From the IMG/VR virus record IMGVR_UViG_3300024179_000006, positions 1-40,703 of that record: a stretch of 40,703 bases of DNA, one strand, 5' to 3'. Position numbers and translations under genes: made by a program. Shown here piece by piece: positions 25,582 through 35,172 of the stretch. The notes beneath the pieces were generated by a model. The model did not search any database. It saw only the letters and a list, made by a program, of their open reading frames with translations, and was not told the origin of the DNA. Origin of the DNA: a virus. Its lineage: Duplodnaviria; Caudoviricetes. Every line of letters starts with the position of its first letter. The first letter of the stretch is position 1.

Positions 25582-28040
25582 TGGCGGCACAACTCTCGAC
25601 GGCCGACATCAAGAAGCAGCTTGCTGCGGCCCAGGCACGCGCTGCGGGCCAGCCACCCACGTTCAATACGAACGTCGCTCCGCCCGCGGGCACGACGGCA
25701 AGCACGGTTGCTGGACAGCCGAACTCCGCTGCGGCGGTCGACCCGTTCCAGCAGGCTGCTGCGCGCCAAGCTCTGAACGCAGGCACGAATCCTGGGTACG
25801 GCGGTCCCTCGGCAGCAGACATCGCCGCGCTTACCGGTCTCGACATACACCAGGTCCTGGCCATGCAGGCCGACCCGACGCAGGCACTGCAGTTGCAGGC
25901 GCTCTACAACGCCGCGCAGTCGAAGCAGCAGAATCAGAACTACGTCACCAACAACTTCACGCCAGCGGCTGCGACTGCGGGCACGAACGAGAACACCGCA
26001 CTGCAGGGCATGCAGGGCGTCGCCACGAATCAGCAGAACCTCGCCGGCGGACTTATGGCCGGCTACGGCGCTGCGCTCGGGCAGCAACAGGGCTTCGCGA
26101 ACACCGCGAACGCGGCAGACGCCTCGGCGCTCGCCGGCTACGGGCAGAACCTCGGCGTCGCGTCCGGCATGCAAGCAGGCGCGTACAACCAACTCGCGGG
26201 CGCGTATGGTGGCATGTCGCAGTTGTCGTCCACGCCGTTCACCGCGAACGTGCAGGCGCAGCAGGCCGCGACGAACCTGGCGAACTACCAGACGTCGGCG
26301 CTGAACACCGCGACGGCGTACAACGCGGCGCTCACCAAAGCGGGCATGCAGAATGCCAGCTACCAGGGCTACACGCCGGACGGCTACAGCGCGCAGCAAG
26401 CGCAGTACGACCTCGCCAACACGCACACGCTCGACGAGATTGCGAAGGCGCACGCCGCGCAATCGGCGCTGTCGACGGCATACTCCGACGAAGGTGATGT
26501 CGCCGCGGAGCGCGCCGCGCTCGGGCAGCTCACGGGCATGGCCGGCGGCTCGCTCGACACCGTCAACGGTGCTGGCAGCGGCGGCGGCCTGGCGGCGCAG
26601 CAGGACGCGCTGGCGCAGTACAGCGCGCTGACGTCGCCGCAAGCCACAGCCAAGGAAAAGTTCCTCTACGAGCAGCAGCGCGAAGCGCAAGAGCAGCAAG
26701 AGGCTGCGTCGCGCGCGGCGCTGATGAATGACTACCGCGTGCGCGGCGTCGGCGGCTCGGGCATGGAGCTCGCGAGCATCCTGCAGGCTGGGCAGCAGAA
26801 CTCGCAGCAGCGCTTGCTCGGCGACCTCGGCACGCAGGCGGGAGCGGTCGATCGCTCGATGCAGGCGCTTGCTGGCTACGGGGGCCTCGCGTCGCAGATG
26901 ACGGCGCAGGGCAACCAGGTCAACCAGGCGAACATGGCGAACCGTCTCGGCGCAGCCGGCGCGCAGGGCCAGCTCGCAAGCAACATCCGCGGTCAGGGCG
27001 ACACGCTCGCCATGTACAACAGCGGCCAAGCCAACCAGAACTCGCAGTTCAACGCTGGCCAGCAGAATCAGATCGGCATGTTCAATGCCGGCCAGACAAA
27101 CAACGTCGGCATGTTCAACGTGGGCCAGCAGAACACTGTCGGCATCGCGAACATGCAGGCCTACAACCAGGCCAACCAGTTCAACGCCAACGCGGTGAAC
27201 CAGTCGAACGCGTTCAACGCCAACGCCAACAACCAGGCGGGAGCGTTCAACGCCAACGCGTTCAACGAGAACAGCCAGTTCAACGCGGGCGCGTACAACA
27301 CCAACCAGATGTTCAACGCCAACTCGGCGAATCAGAACGCGCAGTTCAACGCGAACGCGAACAACACGAACAGCATGTTCAACGCTGGGCAGGCGAACCA
27401 GAACAACCAGTTCAATGCCAATGCCTACAACTCGAACCAGCAGTTCAACGCGAACGCGTCGAACCAAGTTGGCATGTTCAACGCTGGACAGACCAACACG
27501 GTCAACATGTCCAACAGCCAGCAGAACCAGATTCAGGCGCAGTTCGCCGACAACTTCGCGGCGAGTCAGCAGAACGATGCGGCGACGCGCGCGCTGAACC
27601 TCGCAAACACGGGCGTCACGGTCGGACAGAACTTCGCCACCAACAGCGGCAACGCGTTCAACGCGCAAACTGGCGTCAACGCTGCCGGCTACGGCCGCAA
27701 CACCGACACGACCAATCTAGGGCTCGCCGGCCTCAACGCTGGCTACAACGCCGGCACGACAGCGAACCAGATGCAGAACGGCGTCTACCAGACAGCTGGT
27801 CAAAACGCCGCCAACCAGTTCGGGCGCACGCTCGCTGTGGGCGGCGCATTCATGAATGCGGGCAACGCCGGCACCACGGCGATCAACACGCAGCTGAACA
27901 CGTCGTCGGGCGATGAGGCAGCGAAGCAGGCAGCGGCTGCCGCAGCGAACGCGCCGCAGTCGGGACCGCTCGGTCTGTGGACCATCCCCACTCAGTCCGG
28001 CCAGCGCGGACAAATCCTAGGCGTTGGGTTCAAGACATGA
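25581..28040 (+). CDS. Internal virion / DNA ejection (pilot-like) protein with hendecad repeats
   Basis: A/G/Q/N-rich helical protein after tail genes; RG.GGSG motif; 14 tandem 11-aa repeats. Confidence 0.7.
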   Translation: MAAQLSTADIKKQLAAAQARAAGQPPTFNTNVAPPAGTTASTVAGQPNSAAAVDPFQQAAARQALNAGTNPGYGGPSAADIAALTGLDIHQVLAMQADPTQALQLQALYNAAQSKQQNQNYVTNNFTPAAATAGTNENTALQGMQGVATNQQNLAGGLMAGYGAALGQQQGFANTANAADASALAGYGQNLGVASGMQAGAYNQLAGAYGGMSQLSSTPFTANVQAQQAATNLANYQTSALNTATAYNAALTKAGMQNASYQGYTPDGYSAQQAQYDLANTHTLDEIAKAHAAQSALSTAYSDEGDVAAERAALGQLTGMAGGSLDTVNGAGSGGGLAAQQDALAQYSALTSPQATAKEKFLYEQQREAQEQQEAASRAALMNDYRVRGVGGSGMELASILQAGQQNSQQRLLGDLGTQAGAVDRSMQALAGYGGLASQMTAQGNQVNQANMANRLGAAGAQGQLASNIRGQGDTLAMYNSGQANQNSQFNAGQQNQIGMFNAGQTNNVGMFNVGQQNTVGIANMQAYNQANQFNANAVNQSNAFNANANNQAGAFNANAFNENSQFNAGAYNTNQMFNANSANQNAQFNANANNTNSMFNAGQANQNNQFNANAYNSNQQFNANASNQVGMFNAGQTNTVNMSNSQQNQIQAQFADNFAASQQNDAATRALNLANTGVTVGQNFATNSGNAFNAQTGVNAAGYGRNTDTTNLGLAGLNAGYNAGTTANQMQNGVYQTAGQNAANQFGRTLAVGGAFMNAGNAGTTAINTQLNTSSGDEAAKQAAAAAANAPQSGPLGLWTIPTQSGQRGQILGVGFKT
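27033..27494 (+). repeat. 14 x 33-bp coding tandem repeat (N-x4-F-N-A-x3)
   Basis: NQNSQFNAGQQ, NQIGMFNAGQT, NNVGMFNVGQQ ... NQVGMFNAGQT in strict 11-aa register. Confidence 0.9.
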
Positions 28041-29989
28041 GTGACAACTACTTCGCAGACTGGACGTCTCAGGACGACGAGGAGCGCAAGCGCCGCGCGT
28101 GGGAAGCGCTCGCCTCGCAGTCGGACGAAGCGCCGCACCGCACGCTTGCAAACCAGGTGCAGCTGCCCGAGGTCGATGTGGTTGCCGAGGCGCCGCCACG
28201 AGCTGCACGCGCGCCTGACATGGACTTCACCGCGCCCGGCAACGAGCCCGACGACTTCGCGCCGATGGCACGTGGCAACATCGACGTGAGCCAGCGTCCG
28301 CACGTCCGCAACCCGGACGGCTCGACGAGCACCGTTTACAGCATGGGCGCGAACATCGACGACAAGGAGATGTTGCTGCCGGGCGTCAACGACATGGGTT
28401 ACGTCATGTCGCCAGACCAGGCGATCGAGGAGTACAGGCGCACCGGCAAGAACCTCGGACAGTTCAAGGACCCGGCGACGTCCGATGCGTTCGGAGAGCT
28501 ACTCCACCTTCGGCAGATGGAGAGTCCGCCCGAGGACACGCTGCGCGGACGCGGCGGTCCTGGCTATGACCTAACGCCGCCCGAACCGGACGTGACGCCC
28601 GGAACTGACGCGCAGGCATCGCCGGAGATGCCGCCCGACGCACCGCCGCTTGCGCGCCTTGGCTCCGCGCTCAAGCAACGCGACGGCTACATGGATGCGC
28701 CCGCGCCACCCGCGCGCAGCGAGTCGCGAGACAGCGGCGGCGAAGGCCAGACGACATGGACGGGAACCGCGCTTGCCGCGCTCGCTGACATCTTGCTGAA
28801 CCGCGGTCGCGGCGTCGGTGGTGTGCTCGCGCTCGGTGCGGCCGGGCAGTCACCGATGGCGCGCGCTGAGCTCGACCTGAAGCGCGCGCAAGCGGAGCAC
28901 CTGCGTGACCCGCAGTACGGCCGTGGCGGCGGCGCATCGCCGGAAGTCCTCGCGCTACGGCAGCGCGCGCTTGACCAGCGCGACATCGCACTCAAGCAAG
29001 CCGCAGACGCCGCGACTCGGCGAGCACAGGGCAACGACCCGGACGGCAAGAAGGGCGCGGCTCTGCGCGCGTTCTATGCCGCCCATGGCGTCGACACCGA
29101 GGGCATGGAGGCGCTCGATTACACCACGATGATGAAGGTACGGCCGGACATCTCGAAGATGTTCGCGAACGCGCTCGCGCCCGAGACGAACCAGGTCGCA
29201 GCTGACCGCGCCACGGGCGTGAAGCGCGCCGAAGGCGAGGTGCGCGACGAACGCGCGCAGCAAGAGGCCGACAACGCAGCACTCAAGGCGGGCGCCGAGG
29301 CAACCGCACGCGCGCCCTCGGCGATCGCGCTGAAGCAGACGCCGGGTGCATCCCCGCTACCGCCGAGCATCCCGGAGCAGAAGCAGGTCGGCATTCCCGG
29401 CTCGCACGTCGAGGACTCAGACGTGTACGGCGCGAACATCGGCAATCCGACGCAGCGTCAGAAGCTGACGGATAGCGTCTCGGGCGTCCAGACGCTCGAC
29501 CAAGCCGTCGCGAAGATGCGCAGCATCCGCGAGAAGACTGGCGTCTCGCTCATGCCTGGCGAGCAGAAGTCTGCGTACGACGCCGCCTACGGCGAGGCCA
29601 TCGGCGCGCTCACGCAGCTCTACCACTCGGGCGTGCTCAACGAGTCGGAGTACAAGCGCTACAAAGAGCAGCTCCCGACGCTGACGCCGCACATGACTGA
29701 CGTGCTCGATGCCGCCCGCGGCGGCGGACAAGACACGGTCGGAGCGCAGCTCAAGGGCTTCCAAGACGAGACGCGCTCGCTCAATCGAACGAAGTTGCAT
29801 GCATATGGCATCGCACCCGACTGGGCTGACCAGCAGGCGCCGCCGGCAGCTGCAGTGGCCCCACCGCCGACCGCGACGCCCGACAACCTCGGCAACACGG
29901 GTACGGGGCACGGCCGGCCCTACCAGCGCACCGCGCCGGCTTTCAATCCCTACGAAGATGAAGAACTCAAACGATTGGGGCTGCAGTAA
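28037..29989 (+). CDS. Internal virion / ejection protein
   Basis: ATGA coupled; helical; contains GNIDVSQRP.V.NPDGSTSTV domain. Confidence 0.6.
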   Translation: MSDNYFADWTSQDDEERKRRAWEALASQSDEAPHRTLANQVQLPEVDVVAEAPPRAARAPDMDFTAPGNEPDDFAPMARGNIDVSQRPHVRNPDGSTSTVYSMGANIDDKEMLLPGVNDMGYVMSPDQAIEEYRRTGKNLGQFKDPATSDAFGELLHLRQMESPPEDTLRGRGGPGYDLTPPEPDVTPGTDAQASPEMPPDAPPLARLGSALKQRDGYMDAPAPPARSESRDSGGEGQTTWTGTALAALADILLNRGRGVGGVLALGAAGQSPMARAELDLKRAQAEHLRDPQYGRGGGASPEVLALRQRALDQRDIALKQAADAATRRAQGNDPDGKKGAALRAFYAAHGVDTEGMEALDYTTMMKVRPDISKMFANALAPETNQVAADRATGVKRAEGEVRDERAQQEADNAALKAGAEATARAPSAIALKQTPGASPLPPSIPEQKQVGIPGSHVEDSDVYGANIGNPTQRQKLTDSVSGVQTLDQAVAKMRSIREKTGVSLMPGEQKSAYDAAYGEAIGALTQLYHSGVLNESEYKRYKEQLPTLTPHMTDVLDAARGGGQDTVGAQLKGFQDETRSLNRTKLHAYGIAPDWADQQAPPAAAVAPPPTATPDNLGNTGTGHGRPYQRTAPAFNPYEDEELKRLGLQ

Positions 29990-31842
29990 TGGGCGGCCGC
30001 TTTCGCATCACGACTGACGACGGCCAGGACCTCTACTTCCCGGAGGAAAACGCCGTTGCGGCCATGAAAGCGCTCGACCGCAAGGGCGTGAAGTACATCG
30101 ACGCGCGCATCGCGCCCGACACGGAGGGCACGGTTACCGCCGGCGAGCCCGAGGCCGTGAAGGTTGGCCCACCACAGGTCATCCCGGCACCTGCCGAGAA
30201 GCCGTCGGCGCTCGCCCAGCTCGGCAGCATCCTAGCGGGTCACGAGGACTCGGCGACGCAGCGCGAGGACGCCATGGGCGGCGCTGGCGATGCGCTGGGC
30301 GTGCTCTCGGGCGGCTGGACGGGCAAGCTCGACCAGCGGCTACCTTTCGTCGGCCAGGACATCAAGGCGGCGCGTGAAGGCGCTGCGGAGCGCCTGGGCA
30401 AGCCCGTAGCAACCGCGCTCGACCTGGCCGGCGCAGTGACGTCGCCGATCGGCCTGGAGGGCAAGGCTGGCACCACTGCGGCGGCACTCGCCAGCCGCAT
30501 CGGCGCCGCCAGCGCCACGGGCGGAATGCAGTCGGTCTCGCGCTCGCTGGGCGAAGCCAACCCGGACGACGACCTAAAAACGCAAGCCATGCAGGCCCTC
30601 GCCGCCGGCGAGAAGGGCACCGCGTACGGGGCGGGCGCGGGCGTGCTGGGTGAAAGCGTGGGCGCGCTCGCGCAGCCGCTCGATCGAGCCACCGTCGCGC
30701 TCCGGCGCAACGCATTCGGCGGCACGGCCGGCGACAACCAGGCGCTCATCGAGGAGATGGGCACGCGCAAGGGCCTCGAGTTCATCGAGAAGGACCTTGG
30801 ACGCATCCCAGAGCGGCAGGGCCTCACCAACGTCATCATTCCGCAGAGCGCGTCTGGACTCGCGAAGCGAGCAGCCGACCGCAACAAACTCGTGAACGGC
30901 CCTGCGATCGGCGATTCGCTGAGCGACGCGGGCTACCAGCTCACCCCACAGCCGCAGCCGCCCGGCCAATGGCACCCGCCGCAGAAGGCGCCGATCGTAA
31001 ACCGCGGCCAGATTGACGCGCAGCTCGCCGAGCAAGCCAAGATTGCGAAGGAGTCGCCCGAGCTCACCGGCCAGGACGCGAGCAACTTCGTGGAGGCGCG
31101 TGGACGCCTTCGCAACCAGACGGTGACCACGCCGACCGACCTGCAACGGCTCAAGAACCGCTACGAGTCGGGGGCCTATGCCCCGGGCTCGGTCGCCGGC
31201 TCGATGGAGTCGAGTGCTGCCAAGGTGAACGCCGAAGCGGCCCGAGCGACGCGTGAGCACCTGGACGACGTCATGTCGCAGGCAGACCCTGCCACGTACG
31301 CGAAGTTCAAGCGCGCCAATGCCGACTATGGCGACACCGCGATGGTGGAGAACATGGCGCGCGCGCATGCGGCGCGGGGCCTTGCGGCTCCGCTGCTGGG
31401 CGCTGGCCTCGGCGGCGTGCTCGGCTACGAGATTCGCAAGGACACCGGAGACGCGCTCATGGGCGCCGCCGCTGGCGGCGTGGCAGGCCGCACCTACGGA
31501 CCTGACCTGGCCGCCAACGTCGCGCGGCTCGGCGAGCAGGGCGCGAGCGCTGTGGGCGGCTCCACGCCGGCACTCGCGAAGCTGGGCGGAGCGCTCGCCA
31601 GCAGCGAACCGAGGGCCAGCGCGCAGGACGCCGCCGGCGACACGCGCGGCCACCTCATCCCGCAGGCGATTCAAGACGCGCTGCGCGACAACAAGCTCGG
31701 CCCGTACAGCGACGAGTTCGCGCGCGCTGCCATGGCGCCCGAGCCCGGCGCGCTCGGCGTCACCTACTCGCGGCTGTCGAAGGACCCGCAGTTCGCTCCG
31801 TACAAGCGCCTGCTGCAGGAGATGACGGGGGACATGCCGTAA
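29989..31842 (+). CDS. Internal virion / ejection protein with Gly-zipper membrane segments
   Basis: A/G-rich, GAGLGGVLG and GAAAGGVAG segments; third large gene after tail tube. Confidence 0.6.
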   Translation: MGGRFRITTDDGQDLYFPEENAVAAMKALDRKGVKYIDARIAPDTEGTVTAGEPEAVKVGPPQVIPAPAEKPSALAQLGSILAGHEDSATQREDAMGGAGDALGVLSGGWTGKLDQRLPFVGQDIKAAREGAAERLGKPVATALDLAGAVTSPIGLEGKAGTTAAALASRIGAASATGGMQSVSRSLGEANPDDDLKTQAMQALAAGEKGTAYGAGAGVLGESVGALAQPLDRATVALRRNAFGGTAGDNQALIEEMGTRKGLEFIEKDLGRIPERQGLTNVIIPQSASGLAKRAADRNKLVNGPAIGDSLSDAGYQLTPQPQPPGQWHPPQKAPIVNRGQIDAQLAEQAKIAKESPELTGQDASNFVEARGRLRNQTVTTPTDLQRLKNRYESGAYAPGSVAGSMESSAAKVNAEAARATREHLDDVMSQADPATYAKFKRANADYGDTAMVENMARAHAARGLAAPLLGAGLGGVLGYEIRKDTGDALMGAAAGGVAGRTYGPDLAANVARLGEQGASAVGGSTPALAKLGGALASSEPRASAQDAAGDTRGHLIPQAIQDALRDNKLGPYSDEFARAAMAPEPGALGVTYSRLSKDPQFAPYKRLLQEMTGDMP

Positions 31843-32789
31843 TGCAGCGCCGTGGCCTCAATACGCGTAACCAACTCGATGCCGCCTACAGCGACACCGC
31901 GATCGGCAACACGCGCCCGCAAGGCCAAGTCGGCTTCACCGGCAAGTTCGCCACGACCGAGCCGGCAGTCGGCCAGTACCCGAGCTTCCCGCCGAACGGC
32001 ACCGACGTCACGTTCATCGAGAGCGCGCAGGGTTTGAACAGGCCGCTCGACTACTTCCTCGCGTTCACCGACCCGAACCTCATCTACAGCAGCATCTACG
32101 CGCTGCAGACCATCCCGAACCGCCGTCTCATCGTGTCGCAGTGCATGTCGGCTCCAGGATGGGACCTGGCCGTTGCAGCTGCTGGCGGCCACGACGCGGA
32201 CTACATCGCGGCAGCCACCAACCTCGCCCCGTACGCGGACCGCATCGTGAGCGTGCGCATCGGCTGGGAGATGAACGTCACCGGCTATCCGTGGACTGCG
32301 GGCGGCGCGGGCTCGAACCAAACGCAGGCTAACTACATCGCGACGTTCAAGCGCATGAGCAACTACATGCGTGAACTGCTCGGCCCGGACGTGCTCATCG
32401 ACTGGTGTCCGCTGTTCGGCACGGATGCGACCGGCTGGTACCCGGGCGATGAATACGTGGACGTCGTCGGCATGGACATCTACTCGCAGACTGCGTTCCC
32501 GCAGTCGTGGGACAGCATGTATGAGAGCGCTGGCGGGCTGCGCTGGCTCGACGGCTTCTCGAGCTCACACGGCAAGTTCATCAGCATTCCCGAGTGGGGC
32601 TGCGACCGCAACAACGCGGCGGGTGTCGACTTCGTCAGCAAGATGGGCCGCTGGCTCAAGCGCCCGCGCGCGAACCGCGTCCTCTATCACAGCTTCTGGA
32701 ATAGCGACGACTCGTTCGTCGGAAAGCTCACGCACAACCCGCTGCTGCAGGCGGAATACATTCGGCAGTTCGGTCTGCCGTTGAACTGA
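31842..32789 (+). CDS. Glycoside hydrolase family 26-like protein
   Basis: VRIGWEMN...YPW (acid/base Glu), YPGDEYVDVVGMDIY, ISIPEWG (nucleophile Glu). Confidence 0.85.
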   Translation: MQRRGLNTRNQLDAAYSDTAIGNTRPQGQVGFTGKFATTEPAVGQYPSFPPNGTDVTFIESAQGLNRPLDYFLAFTDPNLIYSSIYALQTIPNRRLIVSQCMSAPGWDLAVAAAGGHDADYIAAATNLAPYADRIVSVRIGWEMNVTGYPWTAGGAGSNQTQANYIATFKRMSNYMRELLGPDVLIDWCPLFGTDATGWYPGDEYVDVVGMDIYSQTAFPQSWDSMYESAGGLRWLDGFSSSHGKFISIPEWGCDRNNAAGVDFVSKMGRWLKRPRANRVLYHSFWNSDDSFVGKLTHNPLLQAEYIRQFGLPLN

Positions 32790-32797
32790 GGAAAGTC

Positions 32798-33157
32798 ATG
32801 GTCGGAGAAACCCAAGCAATCCAGAGATGCCCGCCCGGTGGCGTAGGCGCTACCGGACAGGCCAACGGCAGCTTCAACGCGCAAACGCTGTCGCTTAGCG
32901 CAGGCGCGTCGAGCGCGGTGACTACCATTCTGCTCAGCGCAGCTCCCGGCGGCTGCTTCGTGACGTTCCGGAACACCGGCACGGCCGAAGCGCACATCCG
33001 CTTCGGCACCATCGCGGCTGGTCCCGGCGCAGCGCTGGTGACTGACTACCCGATTCCTCCGGGCGCGAGTGAGGAGTGGTGGGTGACGCAAGAGATCAAC
33101 TTCACCGCGTTCTGCAGCGCGGCATCCGTGCTCACCTGGTATCGCTCCTCAAACTGA
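32798..33157 (+). CDS. Small beta-sandwich virion-associated protein
   Basis: GAGGA RBS; FRNTG...IRFG...IPPG pattern. Confidence 0.6.
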   Translation: MVGETQAIQRCPPGGVGATGQANGSFNAQTLSLSAGASSAVTTILLSAAPGGCFVTFRNTGTAEAHIRFGTIAAGPGAALVTDYPIPPGASEEWWVTQEINFTAFCSAASVLTWYRSSN

Positions 33158-33163
33158 GTACAG

Positions 33164-33934
33164 ATGACCTACGAACGTAGATATGCGGGCGTCGGCATGG
33201 AGCGGCGCGGGCAGCGCGGGCCGAATGATGCGTTCGGCGTCAACGCCTACGTTGCGCTGTTCGGCGCGAATCTCGTCGAGATGTGGGATTCGCAGCTTGG
33301 CATCGCCACGGTGGGGGGAAACGTCGACACATGGACGGGCCAGCTTGGTGGTCGCGTGCTGCCGGCTCCAGGAGCAGCACAACGTCCAGCATATGGCACT
33401 GATGGTGCGCTGTTCGGTAGCAAGAGCGTGGTGCAATGCGCTACGAGCGGTACCAAAGTTCTATGGGCGAACAACACGCTCAGCAGTCTAGCTGCGGCTG
33501 GAGCCATGCCCGTGCTCATTGTGCGGTTCCGGTTGCGCACCGCGGCAGGCACGCAGCGAATCGCTGGGTTCGGTGGAGCTGGAGGTAACCGCTCGATTGA
33601 GCAGCTGGGCTTTTCGGCAACATATCGCGGCGGTGACATCACGGTCATCAATGACAGTTCCGGAACCGCGGTAGACACGGCCGTGCACACGCTCATCAAC
33701 TACTCAGACGCGTCGCTATATCACGTGCGAATCGACGGCGTGGACCATACCGCGGCGCACACGTCGACCCTGCAGGCTGCAGCTACCTTCGGCAGCGTCG
33801 GCGTTTTCACTGTCGACGGCTCATCGAGCCCAGCTGATCTGAGTTGCGCGAAAATACTGTTCCTCGGCGCTGACCCTGGTGGCGCGGCATTGACCGCATG
33901 CGAAGGCCTTCTTGCCGCGGAGTACCCCCCCTGA
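33164..33934 (+). CDS. Putative lectin-like (ConA/LamG-type) virion protein
   Basis: WD...V.TW...QRP.Y, VRIDG, and terminal E..L...Y pattern seen in phage LamG-like proteins. Confidence 0.5.
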   Translation: MTYERRYAGVGMERRGQRGPNDAFGVNAYVALFGANLVEMWDSQLGIATVGGNVDTWTGQLGGRVLPAPGAAQRPAYGTDGALFGSKSVVQCATSGTKVLWANNTLSSLAAAGAMPVLIVRFRLRTAAGTQRIAGFGGAGGNRSIEQLGFSATYRGGDITVINDSSGTAVDTAVHTLINYSDASLYHVRIDGVDHTAAHTSTLQAAATFGSVGVFTVDGSSSPADLSCAKILFLGADPGGAALTACEGLLAAEYPP

Positions 33935-34275
33935 TGCCCTACAAACAACAGCCGGATATGACTACGTGCACAAACGTCGCCGAGGGCGTGGGGCGCCTCT
34001 ATGCAGCAAGCATCGGCAAGCCTTGGCCCATGGCGCCCGATGTATACGGTCCGGGCCGTCAACCGCAGCCGCCAGCTGCATTCTATCAGAGGTATTGGCA
34101 GGCTCCGCGGGCGGCGTCAGGGCCAACTGTCATTGAACCGACAGCGCCAGTGCTTCCCATCCGGATCGAAGTGGACGCTGTTGCGCAGGCGTTCAGCGGC
34201 CAGCAGGTCGTCACCAGCAGCGGCCCCGTCACCCTCGACTTCACCGCGCTCACAGCCGACCCGGTGGCAACATGA
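33934..34275 (+). CDS. Hypothetical protein
   Basis: TGATG overlap upstream, ATGA downstream. Confidence 0.5.
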   Translation: MPYKQQPDMTTCTNVAEGVGRLYAASIGKPWPMAPDVYGPGRQPQPPAAFYQRYWQAPRAASGPTVIEPTAPVLPIRIEVDAVAQAFSGQQVVTSSGPVTLDFTALTADPVAT

Positions 34276-34706
34276 GGCGCGCATTGCTAGCAGCTTTGCT
34301 GCTCACAGGCTGCTCAGGCATTCGCGCTGCGCTCGGATACGACGACTGCCCGACGACTGACCCGCAGTCGAGCGAGCCTCCTGTGAGCACGCGCGTGCTT
34401 CGCGAGACATGGGTGGAGCGTTTTGGTGCACTGCCGCCCGCGTGCGACACGCCGTGGTTCTGGGATGTCGTGTCGACGTCCGACCAGTGGCGCTTGTGCC
34501 ACACGCTGCAAGACGCGGCGTGCACGGTGTACCCGCAAGGCTGCCCGGTCACCTACGTGACGATCCAGTACGCGGCAGACAAGCGGCTTGCGGCGCATGA
34601 GTGGGCGCACTGGGCGCTGAAGTGCAGCAAGGGCGACGGCGACGGGCAGCACACTAACGCAGCTGTCTGGGGCGCCTTCGGGTTCGTTCAAGGATTCACG
34701 CAGTAG
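34272..34706 (+). CDS. Lipoprotein with HExxH zinc-metallopeptidase motif
   Basis: MRRALLAALLLTGC lipobox; LAAHEWAH...H. Confidence 0.65.
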   Translation: MRRALLAALLLTGCSGIRAALGYDDCPTTDPQSSEPPVSTRVLRETWVERFGALPPACDTPWFWDVVSTSDQWRLCHTLQDAACTVYPQGCPVTYVTIQYAADKRLAAHEWAHWALKCSKGDGDGQHTNAAVWGAFGFVQGFTQ

Positions 34707-34716
34707 GAGGACAGCC

Positions 34717-35172
34717 ATGGCAACGGGATACGGGCGCCGCGTGCGCCGACTGCAACAAGACTTCGTGAGCGGCAAAGCGCCGACAGCGCCTGCTGCCTGG
34801 TACCTCGCGGCAAGCACCGCAAACCCCGGCGACGACGGCGCTGGGCTCGCGGAGCCGTCGGCGACGGGTGGCTACGTGCGCAAGCAAATGGCCGGTGGCG
34901 CGGCGGATTGGACGGCAGCGCCCAACCCGAGCAACGACGCAGCGGCGGTCGCGGCGAATGCCAACATCATCAACTTCGCGGTGAGCAGCGCGGCGTGGTC
35001 GACCGGCGCGACCAACATCACCTACATCGCCATCTTCGACAGCGCGACGCTGACGGCCGAGGCGAACTACATCGGCCGCGCCATCCTCTCGACGCCGCAA
35101 GCCGTGAACAGCGCGGGCGTGACGCTGAGCATCGCGGTGGGCGCGCTGACGTTCAACAATTCCTCATCATAG
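34717..35172 (+). CDS. Phage tail fibre/minor tail domain protein
   Basis: YLA.STANP...E....GY.R...ITYIAIFDSAT motif of phage minor-tail proteins; AGGAGG RBS. Confidence 0.65.
   Translation: MATGYGRRVRRLQQDFVSGKAPTAPAAWYLAASTANPGDDGAGLAEPSATGGYVRKQMAGGAADWTAAPNPSNDAAAVAANANIINFAVSSAAWSTGATNITYIAIFDSATLTAEANYIGRAILSTPQAVNSAGVTLSIAVGALTFNNSSS

Noticed and set aside
27033-27494. CRISPR array or DGR-like repeat
   Set aside because: 33-bp period is in frame, degenerate at third positions, has no unique spacers, and no cas or reverse transcriptase gene was seen
25185-27668. 827-aa minus-strand ORF (likewise 19397..20716, 16742..17767, 21645..22712)
   Set aside because: Antisense shadows of strongly codon-biased + strand genes in GC-rich DNA; V/R-rich translation with no motifs
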